From Elusimicrobiota bacterium (GTDB lineage: Bacteria > Elusimicrobiota > Elusimicrobia > UBA1565 > UBA9628): a stretch of DNA of 64,000 nucleotides. Position numbers and translations under genes: made by a program. The notes under the pieces are model-generated. The model was given only the letters and a program-made list of their open reading frames with translations. It was not told the origin of the DNA and searched no databases. This document shows, one piece after another, positions 9,788 to 18,941 of the stretch (its first letter is position 1; every line of letters begins with the position of its first letter). Location: contig JACPFR010000005.1 in the NCBI GenBank assembly GCA_016182905.1, positions 12,185-76,184 of the forward strand, written 5' to 3'.

Positions 9788-10741
9788 ATGAACGCTTTCA
9801 AGCAATTGAGCCGCTGGCTGGCGCCCGATGCAAACCACGAATCCGCCGATGCTCTCACCCATTACAGCCATTTGCTGGCCAGTTTGTTGACCATGGCCTG
9901 GTTCGTCGAAGCGCGCGACCCTTATACCGGCGGGCATCTGTGGCGCGTGTCGCGTTATGCGCGGCTGCTGGCGGAGGATGCCGGTTACGGCGATGCCGAT
10001 GCGGCGCGGATCAGTCTCGGCGGGTTTTTGCACGATCTGGGAAAAATCGGCGTGCCCGATGCGATCCTGCGCAAGCCTGAACGTCTGACCGACGACGAGT
10101 ATGCGGTCATCAGGACCCACCCGGATATCGGCATGCGCATGCTCGCCGGCCATCCGCTGGCCCGACTCGTCAGCGACGCCGTGTTTTTGCATCACGAGCG
10201 CCCTGACGGCAAGGGTTATCCGCGCGGCCTGGTTGGCGGCGCGATTCCCGAAATGGCGCGCATCGTCGGCATCTGCGATGCGTTTGACGCGATGACCAGC
10301 CATCGCCCTTATCGACCCGGCATGCCGCGCGACAAGGCCGTCGCCGTCATTCGCGAATTTCGCGGAACGCAGTTTGACGCCCGCTTTGCCGACGTCGTCA
10401 TCGCGCTGGGCGCGGCGGGAAGCCTCGACCATGTGATGGGCCATAGCGATACGGGCATCCCGCTGAGGTCGTGCCCCATGTGCGGCCCCACTTTGGTGGT
10501 GCAGCGCGAGCACCGGCGGGGCGATCACATCTACTGCCGCAACTGCAGCGGCGAATTCGTACTGGAAGAAGAAGACAACTTCCTGGTGGCGGCCCCTACC
10601 GGCAAGCAAGGCCGCGCCGTTGACCTGGAACCCGAAGCCGATACGGCGCTGATCGCACGCACGGTACGCGCGGCTGCAGAAGCGTTGCCTATTGCGGATA
10701 TGCTCAGATCTTCAGCCCTGCCGCTCGGAGCCGGTCGATGA
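9788..10741 (+). CDS. HD-GYP domain phosphodiesterase with C-terminal zinc-ribbon
   Basis: HD..LHDLGK..HHERPDGKGYP..DAFDAMTSHRPYR motifs. C-terminal CPMCG...CRNCSG. Confidence 0.85.
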   Translation: MNAFKQLSRWLAPDANHESADALTHYSHLLASLLTMAWFVEARDPYTGGHLWRVSRYARLLAEDAGYGDADAARISLGGFLHDLGKIGVPDAILRKPERLTDDEYAVIRTHPDIGMRMLAGHPLARLVSDAVFLHHERPDGKGYPRGLVGGAIPEMARIVGICDAFDAMTSHRPYRPGMPRDKAVAVIREFRGTQFDARFADVVIALGAAGSLDHVMGHSDTGIPLRSCPMCGPTLVVQREHRRGDHIYCRNCSGEFVLEEEDNFLVAAPTGKQGRAVDLEPEADTALIARTVRAAAEALPIADMLRSSALPLGAGR

Positions 10742-11061
10742 AGTTTTTCACCCGCTGGGTTGTCAGAGCGAAAATGAGGACCTGCTACTGTCATATCCCG
10801 CCGGATCTCTTGGTCGAGCTCGTCCGGGCGAAGTTCTTCGACCGCGTTCCCACTATCGAGCTCGTGAAGAGGTATCCGAGCGAGCGCGAGCGGGAGTACG
10901 TCCGCACGATCGCGCTGCTGGACGTGCCGGAAGCCGAGGTCCGCGAGCTTCTGAAAGGCGACGCCGCGTTCCTGGCGCACTTCCTGGACTGCCGTCGGCA
11001 CGCGCTTCAGGTCTTGAAGGGGAGGATGAACGACCTCGAGGCGCACCTGAGATCGGCTTAG
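10738..11061 (+). CDS. Hypothetical protein
   Basis: ATGA overlap with the HD-GYP stop. Helical charged protein. No family recognised. Confidence 0.4.
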   Translation: MKFFTRWVVRAKMRTCYCHIPPDLLVELVRAKFFDRVPTIELVKRYPSEREREYVRTIALLDVPEAEVRELLKGDAAFLAHFLDCRRHALQVLKGRMNDLEAHLRSA

Positions 11062-11384
11062 GTGGAAAAACCGATGCGGTGCAGCCCCTCCTGCGCGGGC
11101 AGTTCCGCCGTCCCCATCGGGAAGGCGACGGCCGATATGATGACGCCGGCCGGGATGAAGACGTGGGCATGGCAGAAGTCCTCGCCCTTCGCGTCGGGAA
11201 GCTTGCCCGTCCCGGCGGGGCAGACGCTGAACCGGGGGCTGTCGAGCCAGAGACCGTGGCTTTCGACCTTGTGCACGGTGGCCAGCAGCGGGGAGCCGTT
11301 GATGCCGAGCGGTCTCAGCCGCGAGACGACATCGTCGGAAAGGACGAGGATGACCTGCTTGCCCTTCAAGTCGTAGTCGAACAT
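11058..11384 (-). CDS. Hypothetical protein (last gene of the bufferin-type operon string)
   Basis: 108-aa ORF MFDYDLKGKQVILVLSDD... in the same strand series as the buf genes. Confidence 0.45.
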   Translation of the reverse strand: MFDYDLKGKQVILVLSDDVVSRLRPLGINGSPLLATVHKVESHGLWLDSPRFSVCPAGTGKLPDAKGEDFCHAHVFIPAGVIISAVAFPMGTAELPAQEGLHRIGFST

Positions 11385-11465
11385 GGGCCTCCGTGACTCT
11401 CCGCGCTCTCTCCAGTTCGTCTCGTCCGCGGGCCGAACGTTACAGCGAGCCTGCTCGAGCGCCCC

Positions 11466-11633
11466 TCATGAGACGGGCTTCAATGTCCCGCCCACGCAGC
11501 TGGAGCAGCGATCCTCGACCGGCGCGCAGCGCGGGCACCACAGCTCCCCGCACTTATCGCACTTCCTCCAGCCCGTCTGCCCGGACTCCGGGCTCATGTT
11601 GCAGTGATTGCACGCCAGCGCGTTGTCTTCCAT
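11466..11633 (-). CDS. Cysteine-rich mini-protein, 55 aa, four CxxC pairs (zinc-ribbon-like)
   Basis: Not in the ORF track (<60 aa). Translation by hand: MEDNALACNHCNMSPESGQTGWRKCDKCGELWCPRCAPVEDRCSSCVGGTLKPVS. GGAGG RBS 4 nt upstream. 29 bp after the CMD gene stop. Confidence 0.5.
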   Translation of the reverse strand: MEDNALACNHCNMSPESGQTGWRKCDKCGELWCPRCAPVEDRCSSCVGGTLKPVS

Positions 11634-11662
11634 GATGCCTCCTTCTTTGGTTGCCCCTCGCG

Positions 11663-12208
11663 TCAGCCCTTCGTCGCCGGCGCGAACTCCAGCTCCGCGC
11701 CCAGGTTCTTGCCGATTCGTTGAATGAAGTTCCCGGCCGCCACGACGAAGGCGAGCTCGGCGATCTCCTTGGGTGAGAAGTTCCGTTTGAGCGCCTCCAA
11801 GGCCTGGTCATCGGCCTTGATCACTTGCGTGGTCTGGTAGGCGAAGCGGATCACGGCGCGTTCCGCCTCATTGAACGCGGGGTTGTCGAATCCCTGCGGC
11901 CCCAGCAAGGCGATTTGCGCGTCGGTCAGGCCCGCCGCTTTCCCCATCGGGACGTGGTGGCCCTGACAGTAGGCGCACTCGTTGGCGCGGGCGACGGTCA
12001 GGTAGGCGATCTCCCGCACGCGCGGCGTCAGCGAGAGCTTGTTGAAGTAGACATCGAGGAGGCCGCCGAAGGCCTGGGTGACGGGCCCGGAGTGACCGAC
12101 GAGCTTGACGACGTTGGGCACCATTCCGAATCCCTTCTTGAGGTTCTCATAGACCGGCTTGGCTTCGGGAGCTTCCTGTCCTTCGTGAGCGTAGGTCGTT
12201 CGCGGCAT
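11663..12208 (-). CDS. CMD/AhpD-like family protein
   Basis: CAYCQGHH motif and AhpD-like fold signature. Immediately downstream of the DUF2063 gene. Confidence 0.75.
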   Translation of the reverse strand: MPRTTYAHEGQEAPEAKPVYENLKKGFGMVPNVVKLVGHSGPVTQAFGGLLDVYFNKLSLTPRVREIAYLTVARANECAYCQGHHVPMGKAAGLTDAQIALLGPQGFDNPAFNEAERAVIRFAYQTTQVIKADDQALEALKRNFSPKEIAELAFVVAAGNFIQRIGKNLGAELEFAPATKG

Positions 12209-12288
12209 GTCGATTCCTCCTGTACGTCATCCAAGGCGGACGTCGGCGGGTCCGGGACCGAGAGACCCGGACCCGCCGACGGGCCGTC

Positions 12289-13146
12289 TTAACAGCCGCC
12301 CACTTTCGTCATGGGGTCCTTCCGAGTCGGCGGCTCGATTCCTTTGATAAGGCCGCGGGCGACCCAAGATGAGAACCAGCGGCGGACCTCGGCGGCCCCG
12401 GCAACGCCCACCGACTTCGAGGCGCGGGCAAGCACGGCGCCAAGCCGAGCCCCTTCCTTGAGCCGTCGCAGCGTAATCCACTCCAGCCTGGAAATCTCAT
12501 ACACCTTCACCCAGGTCTCATCTCGAAAGAGCAGCAGCCATTGCGCCCGATCATTGCGGAGGATTTTGCCTCCGGCCTTAAGGGGAAGCTCGCGGCGGCG
12601 CCAAAGACGCTCGACGGGCCAATCGACTTTGAGGAGCAGGACCGTCGGATCCAGGATCAGTCTCACGCGCGCCCAATCCTCGTCCCGAATATTTCCGATG
12701 GTTTTAGGATCGAGGGGGAGCAGGCGATCGGCGAAAAGCCGGGTCATGGCGTCCCGCTCGAGCCGGGAGAGGTCCGCCAGGAACGGGTATTTCCGGCCGA
12801 GCGGATGGGAGCGCACGAAGCGAGGAAGGGCCGCGCCTAGATCCGCCAGAGAGGACGACCTCGATGGATTCGAGAGGAGGTAGTCGGCGACGAGAACGCG
12901 AAATTCGTATTCGCCCAGCGTCCTTCTCACGGCGGGGAAATCTGAGGTCAAGGCCTCGTGCAGGCGCAGAAAATAGCCGTCGCCATAGACGCTCAGACGC
13001 GTCGGCGCATCTAGCGGGGGGGGATCTGTGATCCAGCGCAGCGCCGCGGGTCTATTCTTCACGGCCGCCCGCACGCCTTGCGGGTCAGTGAATATCTCTC
13101 GTAAGGATCGCTGGAGACGGGCCAGGTTAGGCGGCGACGGCGGCAT
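12289..13146 (-). CDS. bufC: DUF2063 family protein (MNIO partner, BufC-like)
   Basis: Start MPPSPPNLARLQRSL overlaps the DUF692 gene end by 20 nt. DUF2063-type sequence. The listed N-terminal extension is unsupported. Confidence 0.7.
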   Translation of the reverse strand: MPPSPPNLARLQRSLREIFTDPQGVRAAVKNRPAALRWITDPPPLDAPTRLSVYGDGYFLRLHEALTSDFPAVRRTLGEYEFRVLVADYLLSNPSRSSSLADLGAALPRFVRSHPLGRKYPFLADLSRLERDAMTRLFADRLLPLDPKTIGNIRDEDWARVRLILDPTVLLLKVDWPVERLWRRRELPLKAGGKILRNDRAQWLLLFRDETWVKVYEISRLEWITLRRLKEGARLGAVLARASKSVGVAGAAEVRRWFSSWVARGLIKGIEPPTRKDPMTKVGGC

Positions 13147-13963
13147 CGCGCACCTCCGTGGCCCGCGCCGCTTCGCGCTGAAGCCGCGCAAAGGACGGTA
13201 TCTTGTCATCCCATTCGATGAGCGTCGGCACGCGCCCGAAGCGCCGGATCGCCGCCGCATAGAGCTCCCAAACCGGGTCCGAGACCGGATGATCGTGCGT
13301 GTCGATAAGAAAGCCTCCCTCGTCGGAGTAGCCGGCCAGATGCATCTGCCCTACCCGTTTCAACGGTATGGCGTTGATGTAATCGAGAGCGTCGAAGCCG
13401 TGGTTCACGGCGCTGACGTGGATGTTGTTGACGTCCATCAGTATCCCGCAGTCGGCGCGGGCGGCGATCTCCGCCAGAAACTCCCATTCCGGCATCTCGG
13501 AGTGCCGATAGGTCAGATAGCTGGAGACGTTTTCGATGAGAATCCGGCGGCCGAGGTATTCCTGCACTCGTCTCAGGCGCGCGGCGACATGGTCGACGAC
13601 CGCTTCGGTGTAGGGCAGTGGAAGCAGGTCATGAAGATTCCGCCCGCCGACCCCCGTCCAGCAAAGATGATCGGACACGATGGCGGGCTCGATGATACGG
13701 ATGAGGCTCTTGAGCCGTTTCAGATAGTTCCGGTTCAAAGGATCGGCTGAGCCGATGCTGAGCGAGACGCCGTGAAGCATCACCGGATAGTCGCGGCGGA
13801 CGCGCCCGAGCACCTCGAGGGGCCGTCCCCCTGAGGAGCCGCCCCGCAGTCCCATGTAGTTCTCGGAGTTCACCTCGAACCAGGAGACCGCGGGACGGCG
13901 TGAGAGCACATGATCGTAGTGGGCGGGCCGCAGTCCGAGGCCGACGCCGAGTTCCGGGTTCAT
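13127..13963 (-). CDS. bufB: DUF692/MNIO (multinuclear non-heme iron oxidative) enzyme, BufB/MbnB-like
   Basis: Start MNPELGVGLGLRPAHY with AAGGAGAG RBS. TIM-barrel DUF692 motifs HLSIGS, DHLCW, IENVSSY, MDVNNIHV. Confidence 0.8.
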   Translation of the reverse strand: MNPELGVGLGLRPAHYDHVLSRRPAVSWFEVNSENYMGLRGGSSGGRPLEVLGRVRRDYPVMLHGVSLSIGSADPLNRNYLKRLKSLIRIIEPAIVSDHLCWTGVGGRNLHDLLPLPYTEAVVDHVAARLRRVQEYLGRRILIENVSSYLTYRHSEMPEWEFLAEIAARADCGILMDVNNIHVSAVNHGFDALDYINAIPLKRVGQMHLAGYSDEGGFLIDTHDHPVSDPVWELYAAAIRRFGRVPTLIEWDDKIPSFARLQREAARATEVRDAAVAA

Positions 13964-13986
13964 GTCTCTCCTTGAGGCCGCCGGTC

Positions 13987-14313
13987 CTACTTGCTGCCCA
14001 GGTCCTTCATCGGCTCGGCGCCGGTCTTCGCGGCCTTCTTCTCCGGAGGAGTCAGCGTCCCTCCTTCGATGTTCTCGCAGGACTCCTTGGGCATGTACAG
14101 CCAGCCCTGGCCCTTGCAGGAGTTCTTTCCCGCGCATTCGTGCCCCGGGCCGCCGCATTGCCCGTGGCCGCCGCACTTATTGACGCCGTAGCACTTGACG
14201 TTCTTGTCGCTCTTCTTGGCCTTCGACTCCTTGGCCCAACTCGGCGTCGACACGACCGCCGCTCCGACGATTCCCGCCACCGCCGCCTTCAATAACATGT
14301 TGCCTTTCGCCAT
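13987..14313 (-). CDS. bufA: DUF2282-type secreted Cys-rich RiPP precursor (bufferin BufA1-like)
   Basis: AAGGAGG RBS. Sec signal peptide MAKGNMLLKAAVAGIVGAAVVSTPSWA. Core KCYGVNKCGGHGQCGGPGHECAGKNSCKGQGWLYMPKESCENIEGGTL matches the DUF2282 CYGV...C...CAG...VPKG.CE.I.GG pattern. Confidence 0.8.
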   Translation of the reverse strand: MAKGNMLLKAAVAGIVGAAVVSTPSWAKESKAKKSDKNVKCYGVNKCGGHGQCGGPGHECAGKNSCKGQGWLYMPKESCENIEGGTLTPPEKKAAKTGAEPMKDLGSK

Positions 14314-14403
14314 TTGTTCAGCGCCTCCTTTTCTTATTGATGAATGCCTGACCCACCGATTTTAGTGCGTTTGGACGCGGAAACGTTACATGCCCGAGGT
14401 GAA

Positions 14404-15144
14404 TTATTTGTCGCAACGCGCCGTCGAGCCCCCGCGCTCATTCCGCTCTCCCGTCCAGGGGTCGACGCCGTCCCCGACGGGCATCCGGAGAAGATCCTCG
14501 ATGATGAGGTCTTGAATGGCCGCGCGTGAATGGGGCGCGGCGCTCTCGCCTGAGAACAGGCGTCGCGCGAGCGCCTTCAGGTCGCCGAAGGTGTCCACAT
14601 CGGAGCGCACGGACAGGAGCCGGAAGCTTTCGCCGCGCAGGCGCTCGAGTGTTCGATTGAGAACATCGGGGCCCGACCACTCCATCTTCGCGAAGAGGCG
14701 CGGCATGGGCGCGCGCAGACCGATGAGATAATAGCCGCCGTCCTCGGCGGGGCCCAGGACGGCCTGGACGTCATCGAGGCGCGCGAAGGCCTGGCGCAAA
14801 ATATCGGGCTCCAAGTCGGGGCAGTCGCTGCCGATGACGACGACCTTCTCGGCGCCCGCGCGAAAGGCCTTGTCGAAGGCCGCGACGAGGCGCGCGCCGA
14901 GGTCGCCTTCCGCCTGCGGGAACCACGGCGGCGCGTCCTCGAGCCAGGCCAGGCCGGGGCGTTCGGGGTGCGGCTCGTAAGCGATCGAGACGGCCGCCTC
15001 GCTCGTCAGCCGGGCGCAGGCGACCGTATCCCGCACGAAGGCTTCGTAGACGCGGGCGACCTGCGAGGCGGAGAGAGGAATCTGGAGACGAGTCTTGACC
15101 TTCCCAGGGACCGGCGCCTTGACGAAAAGGATCAGCGAGTTCAT
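14404..15144 (-). CDS. TIGR04282-type rSAM/selenodomain-associated transferase 1 (DUF2064)
   Basis: Start MNSLILFVKAPVPGKVKTRL, ATGA-coupled to the upstream GT2 gene. Family hallmark N-terminus. The listed upstream extension is an artefact. Confidence 0.7.
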   Translation of the reverse strand: MNSLILFVKAPVPGKVKTRLQIPLSASQVARVYEAFVRDTVACARLTSEAAVSIAYEPHPERPGLAWLEDAPPWFPQAEGDLGARLVAAFDKAFRAGAEKVVVIGSDCPDLEPDILRQAFARLDDVQAVLGPAEDGGYYLIGLRAPMPRLFAKMEWSGPDVLNRTLERLRGESFRLLSVRSDVDTFGDLKALARRLFSGESAAPHSRAAIQDLIIEDLLRMPVGDGVDPWTGERNERGGSTARCDK

Positions 15145-15824
15145 GAATAAAGCCTCCTCAGCCTCTCCGGCGAGACCCCGGCCTTGAAGAGCGCGATGAT
15201 GACGACATTTCTCAGGGCGTTGAACACGGGACCGTTGCGCTCGTAGCGCCGCACCGAGGTCAGCACGGCATCCTCCATGACGACGACGGGGCCCAGCCTC
15301 GCGAGCATGGGGAGCAGGTAATACTCCTCCATGATGCTGACGGGCGGGTATCCTCCGACGCGCACGTAGTCTTCCCGCCTGCAGGCGACCGCCTGATCGC
15401 CGTGCGGCACCCCGGTCTTCCGCGAGCGCCAATGCCCCAAAGCGGCGATGAGCCGGTAGATCGGCCTCGCCGAATCGAAGTCGAGGCGGTAGGCGGTCGC
15501 GCCCGGCCGCGGCTTGGCGGCCCAGGCGTCGAGCAGCGCGCCGAGCCAGCCTCCGGGCAGGCGGGTGTCGGCGTGCAGGAACAGAAGAAGGTCTCCGGCC
15601 GCGGCAAGAGCGCCTCGATGCATCTGCACCGCCCGTCCGCGCGCGGGAGACTCGATCAGCTTGTCGGCGACGCGGCGGGCGATCTCGATCGTGCCGTCCG
15701 TGCTGCCGCCGTCGGCCACGATGATCTCGATGTCGCCTTTGCCGGCGGTCAGGCGCAGGCGCGCGACCGCCTCCTCCAGGCGCCGGCGTTCGTTGACGGT
15801 CGGGATGACGACGGAGACCTTCAT
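15141..15824 (-). CDS. Glycosyltransferase family 2, TIGR04283-type rSAM-associated transferase 2
   Basis: Start MKVSVVIPTVNE. GT2 motifs. ATGA overlaps on both sides. Confidence 0.7.
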   Translation of the reverse strand: MKVSVVIPTVNERRRLEEAVARLRLTAGKGDIEIIVADGGSTDGTIEIARRVADKLIESPARGRAVQMHRGALAAAGDLLLFLHADTRLPGGWLGALLDAWAAKPRPGATAYRLDFDSARPIYRLIAALGHWRSRKTGVPHGDQAVACRREDYVRVGGYPPVSIMEEYYLLPMLARLGPVVVMEDAVLTSVRRYERNGPVFNALRNVVIIALFKAGVSPERLRRLYS

Positions 15825-16540
15825 GGCGCGGACCTCGCGGTCTTCGCCATCCACTGGATCAGGCCCGCCGTCAGGGCCGGGCCGGAGACGGGACGGGAGA
15901 GGATATCGGTGCCGTGTCCTCCGACGGACAGCCGCAGGCGTTTGACCGGGCCCGCGACAGAGGAGGCCAGGCGGCCCGCGATCGCGTCGAAATCGGGGTC
16001 GTCGGCGGCGGAGGTGACGAAGAGAGGCCGCCGGCCGTAGGCCGCGACAAATTCCGAGACCGGAACGCGCTTGGGATTGTCGCCCGGGGAGATCAATGCC
16101 GCGCCGCCGAGACGGGGGTCGGAGGCGGCGCGGCGGAAAGCCAGGGATGCGCCGATGCTGGCGCCGCCCAGGAAGATCGAAGAGGGGGAAAAACCGCGAC
16201 CTTCGAGCCAGGCGACGGCGGCGGCGGGATCGCGGTCTACCTCGCGCCAGCGGGCTTTATCCCAGTCACCGGGACCCTGCCCGTAGGGATTCGCGCTGTC
16301 ACCATGACCGCGAGGATCGAGCAAGAGTACGGCTATCCCGGACGCCGCGGCCTTGACCGCGGACGGCTCCCAGTCCTTGCGCGCGCCCCCGAGCATGGGC
16401 ATGAGCACGAGGACGGCGCCGGGAACGCCGGCGGACTCGTGGTAGGTCGCGGCAAGCGCGACGCCGTCCTCCGTTTTGAGAACGACCTCGATCGGGGCCG
16501 CGGCGACCGCGGCGACGGCGAGAGGGGCCAAGAATATCAT
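15821..16540 (-). CDS. Secreted alpha/beta hydrolase (dienelactone hydrolase-like)
   Basis: Signal peptide MIFLAPLAVAAVAAAP. Nucleophile elbow GGASIGAS. Confidence 0.6.
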   Translation of the reverse strand: MIFLAPLAVAAVAAAPIEVVLKTEDGVALAATYHESAGVPGAVLVLMPMLGGARKDWEPSAVKAAASGIAVLLLDPRGHGDSANPYGQGPGDWDKARWREVDRDPAAAVAWLEGRGFSPSSIFLGGASIGASLAFRRAASDPRLGGAALISPGDNPKRVPVSEFVAAYGRRPLFVTSAADDPDFDAIAGRLASSVAGPVKRLRLSVGGHGTDILSRPVSGPALTAGLIQWMAKTARSAP

Positions 16541-16998
16541 CGCGCGACCTCCGCGAGCGAGCGGCGCGCGGCCGCGCTCACCGACTCGTTCTCATCGGCG
16601 AGCGCGGCCGAAAGGTACTGCGCGGCGGCCGGGTCGCGGCGCTCACCGAGGGCCTGGGCAGTCTTGACCCGGACCCACCAGTGACGGTCGCGCAAGGAAC
16701 GGGAGAGCGGGAGCAAGGCGTCTTTGCGCGACACCCGCCCCAGGGCCCGCGCCGCGTTGGCGCGCACTTCCCACCTCGGGTCGCCCAGCGCCTTGACCAA
16801 CGGCCAGTAGGAGCCGTCGGGGCGGCGTTCTCCGAGTTGGAACGCCGCCCGCTGACGGATATCGGATGAGGCGTCCGTCAGGGCGGCGGCCAGGCGCGCC
16901 TCGTCCCAGGACGCGTCCGGACGCGCCCCGGGTCCGCAGGCGGCCAGGGCCGTCAGCAGCATGTACGGGAAAGACGACTCGGCCGTCATGCGGCGCAT
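16537..16998 (-). CDS. HEAT-repeat (PBS lyase-like) protein
   Basis: Repeated ...VRANAARALG... / ...VRVKTAQALG... units. Start at M74/M77 of the listed ORF, with ATGA overlap to the arsS stop. Confidence 0.55.
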   Translation of the reverse strand: MRRMTAESSFPYMLLTALAACGPGARPDASWDEARLAAALTDASSDIRQRAAFQLGERRPDGSYWPLVKALGDPRWEVRANAARALGRVSRKDALLPLSRSLRDRHWWVRVKTAQALGERRDPAAAQYLSAALADENESVSAAARRSLAEVAR

Positions 16999-17876
16999 GA
17001 CCCGCCTCCGAGCACGCAGAACGAGGCGCAGTGCGGGTGCCGCAGGGCGACCGGACGCCACGACTCCCGCACGGTCCGGCCGAGCTCGAAGCGCGCGTCG
17101 TAGGGGATGAGCGTGCAGGCGACGACGGCCGGGCGCTCCGCGCCGCGGCGCTTGACCACCATGCGCGAGGAGGCGCACATCACCGACTCGGGCGACTTGC
17201 CGAGCAGACCCCAGCACTCGGCGGTGATCTCGGGAAGCTCGCCGGAAGCACCCATCTCGGGGAACACCGTCAGCTCGACCTCCCGGCCGATCGCGCGGCG
17301 GTACCCTTCCCGCGCGGCGGCTTCATCCTCGTCGACGAAGGTCCGCCCGGCCACGGAGGCGCTAAATCCCGAGTCGAGCAGCCACCGCAGGCCGGCCACG
17401 GCCTTGTCGAAGGCGCCGGCGCCGCGTTCGGCGTCGTGGACGGCGGCGGTGTGATGGTCGAGCGAGACGCGCAGGCGCAAACCGCGATCGTGCCGCTCGA
17501 GCAAGGCGAGCAGCTCCGCCTTGCGGTTCGTCATCGGCGCCATCGCGTTCGTGAGAATCAAGACCGAAAAGCCCCGCTCCAGGGACTCCTCGGCCATGGC
17601 GAGAAGATCGGGGTTCATGAACGGCTCGCCGCCGGTGAATCCGATCTCTGTCGCTCCCATCTCCCGGGCCTCCTCGAGAAAGGGCCGGATCTCGGCCGAC
17701 TTCAGATACTCGAGACGATCATTGCGCGGGGAGGACTCGATGTAGCAATTCGCGCATTGGATGTTGCACCGGGTCCCCGTGTTGAACCACAGCGTTTTCA
17801 ACGCGCCGGGCGGCACGACGGCGCGGGCCTTTCCCTGGGCCGTGGTCTCGGCGTCGGCCCACTTAGCAGCAGGCAT
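16986..17876 (-). CDS. arsS: Radical SAM protein, arsenosugar-biosynthesis ArsS-like
   Basis: CNIQCANCY (CxxxCxxC) rSAM motif. Adjacent to arsM and the rSAM-associated transferases 1/2. Confidence 0.7.
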   Translation of the reverse strand: MPAAKWADAETTAQGKARAVVPPGALKTLWFNTGTRCNIQCANCYIESSPRNDRLEYLKSAEIRPFLEEAREMGATEIGFTGGEPFMNPDLLAMAEESLERGFSVLILTNAMAPMTNRKAELLALLERHDRGLRLRVSLDHHTAAVHDAERGAGAFDKAVAGLRWLLDSGFSASVAGRTFVDEDEAAAREGYRRAIGREVELTVFPEMGASGELPEITAECWGLLGKSPESVMCASSRMVVKRRGAERPAVVACTLIPYDARFELGRTVRESWRPVALRHPHCASFCVLGGGSCAA

Positions 17877-18909
17877 CGCCGTTCCTCGCTTTCGTCGAGA
17901 ACGGCATGTTCGTCCCGCAGCCCGGGAAGATGCCGAAATGCTTCGTCGTGTCGCCGAAGAAGTCGAAGTGGCGGCGGTAGCGGCTCTTTTCGAGCATCGA
18001 CGCGGTGTTGCCGCACACCGTCATGATCCGCCCGGCCTCGAAGCGGTGATGGCCGTCGAGCTGAAACGCCTGCGGCGCGTCCGCGATCGTCCCTTTATAC
18101 CTCACGGCCTGGCCGTAGTCTTCGCAGGCGGGCTCAAGACCCGTGAGCTTGAACAGCCGGTAGGTCGCCGAGTAAAAGCCGATGTGGCCGGCGCGCTCCC
18201 GGATCGGGCCCTTGTCGAGAGCCAGCGGCCGCGACTCGACGAGCCGCGGGTCGGCGAAGCCCGCGCTCTTGGCGAGAGGAAGAAAATCGCTCCAATACAA
18301 CGCGCCTCCCAGGCATTCTCCGTACAGCACGGGGTCGTTCCTCAATTCCTGAGGTACGCGTCGGTCGGCGTAGACGTCAGAGAAATACATCTCGCCGCCT
18401 TCCTTGAGAACGCGCCGGGCCTGGCGCAGGACAGCCGCCTTGTCGCGCGCGAGGTTGATCACGCAGTTGGACACGACCAGGTCGAACGAGGCGTCCTTGA
18501 GGCCGATCTCATCGAGGCGCGAGATGTCGCCTTTGATGAACTCCACGTTCCCGTAGCCGAACGCCTTCGCGTGATGCGCGCGGTTGCGCTCGGCGACCTC
18601 GAGCTGCTCGTCGGTCATGTCGACGCCGGTCACGCGTCCCGCTCGGCCGACCAGTTGGGAGAGGACATAGCAGTCCCGTCCGGAGCCGGAGCCAAGGTCG
18701 AGGACGCTCAGACCCGTCAGCTCGCTCGGGATGGTCAGGCCGCAGCCGTAGTAGCGGGAGACGACCTCCTCGCTCACCCTCGATAGCGCCGCGCGCACGG
18801 CGCGCGGCAGGTCCGAAGGCGAGCAGCAGGCGTCGGTTTTCAGGTCGGCGCCGCTTTTCAGGGTCTTTCCGTAATAGTCGCGGACTCCGGCTTCGATGTC
18901 GGCGGGCAT
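17863..18909 (-). CDS. arsM: Arsenite S-adenosylmethionine methyltransferase ArsM
   Basis: VLDLGSGSGRDCY SAM motif I. Conserved Cys DACCSP, NCVINL and a C-terminal Cys. Confidence 0.85.
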   Translation of the reverse strand: MPADIEAGVRDYYGKTLKSGADLKTDACCSPSDLPRAVRAALSRVSEEVVSRYYGCGLTIPSELTGLSVLDLGSGSGRDCYVLSQLVGRAGRVTGVDMTDEQLEVAERNRAHHAKAFGYGNVEFIKGDISRLDEIGLKDASFDLVVSNCVINLARDKAAVLRQARRVLKEGGEMYFSDVYADRRVPQELRNDPVLYGECLGGALYWSDFLPLAKSAGFADPRLVESRPLALDKGPIRERAGHIGFYSATYRLFKLTGLEPACEDYGQAVRYKGTIADAPQAFQLDGHHRFEAGRIMTVCGNTASMLEKSRYRRHFDFFGDTTKHFGIFPGCGTNMPFSTKARNGDACC

Positions 18910-18941
18910 AAGTCAAACCTCCATGGAAATATCAGCCGTCA

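Noticed and set aside
9266-10609. 447-aa minus-strand ORF
   Set aside because: Antisense to the well-supported HD-GYP gene. Translation is Arg/Ala-rich with no motifs.
11554-11811. 85-aa minus ORF overlapping the Cys-rich mini-gene region
   Set aside because: Arg/Ser-rich low-complexity. Out of frame with the RBS-preceded 55-aa ORF, which has a coherent CxxC pattern.
17031-18786. + strand ORFs 17031..18026 and 17761..18786
   Set aside because: Antisense to arsS/arsM, which have strong motif support.
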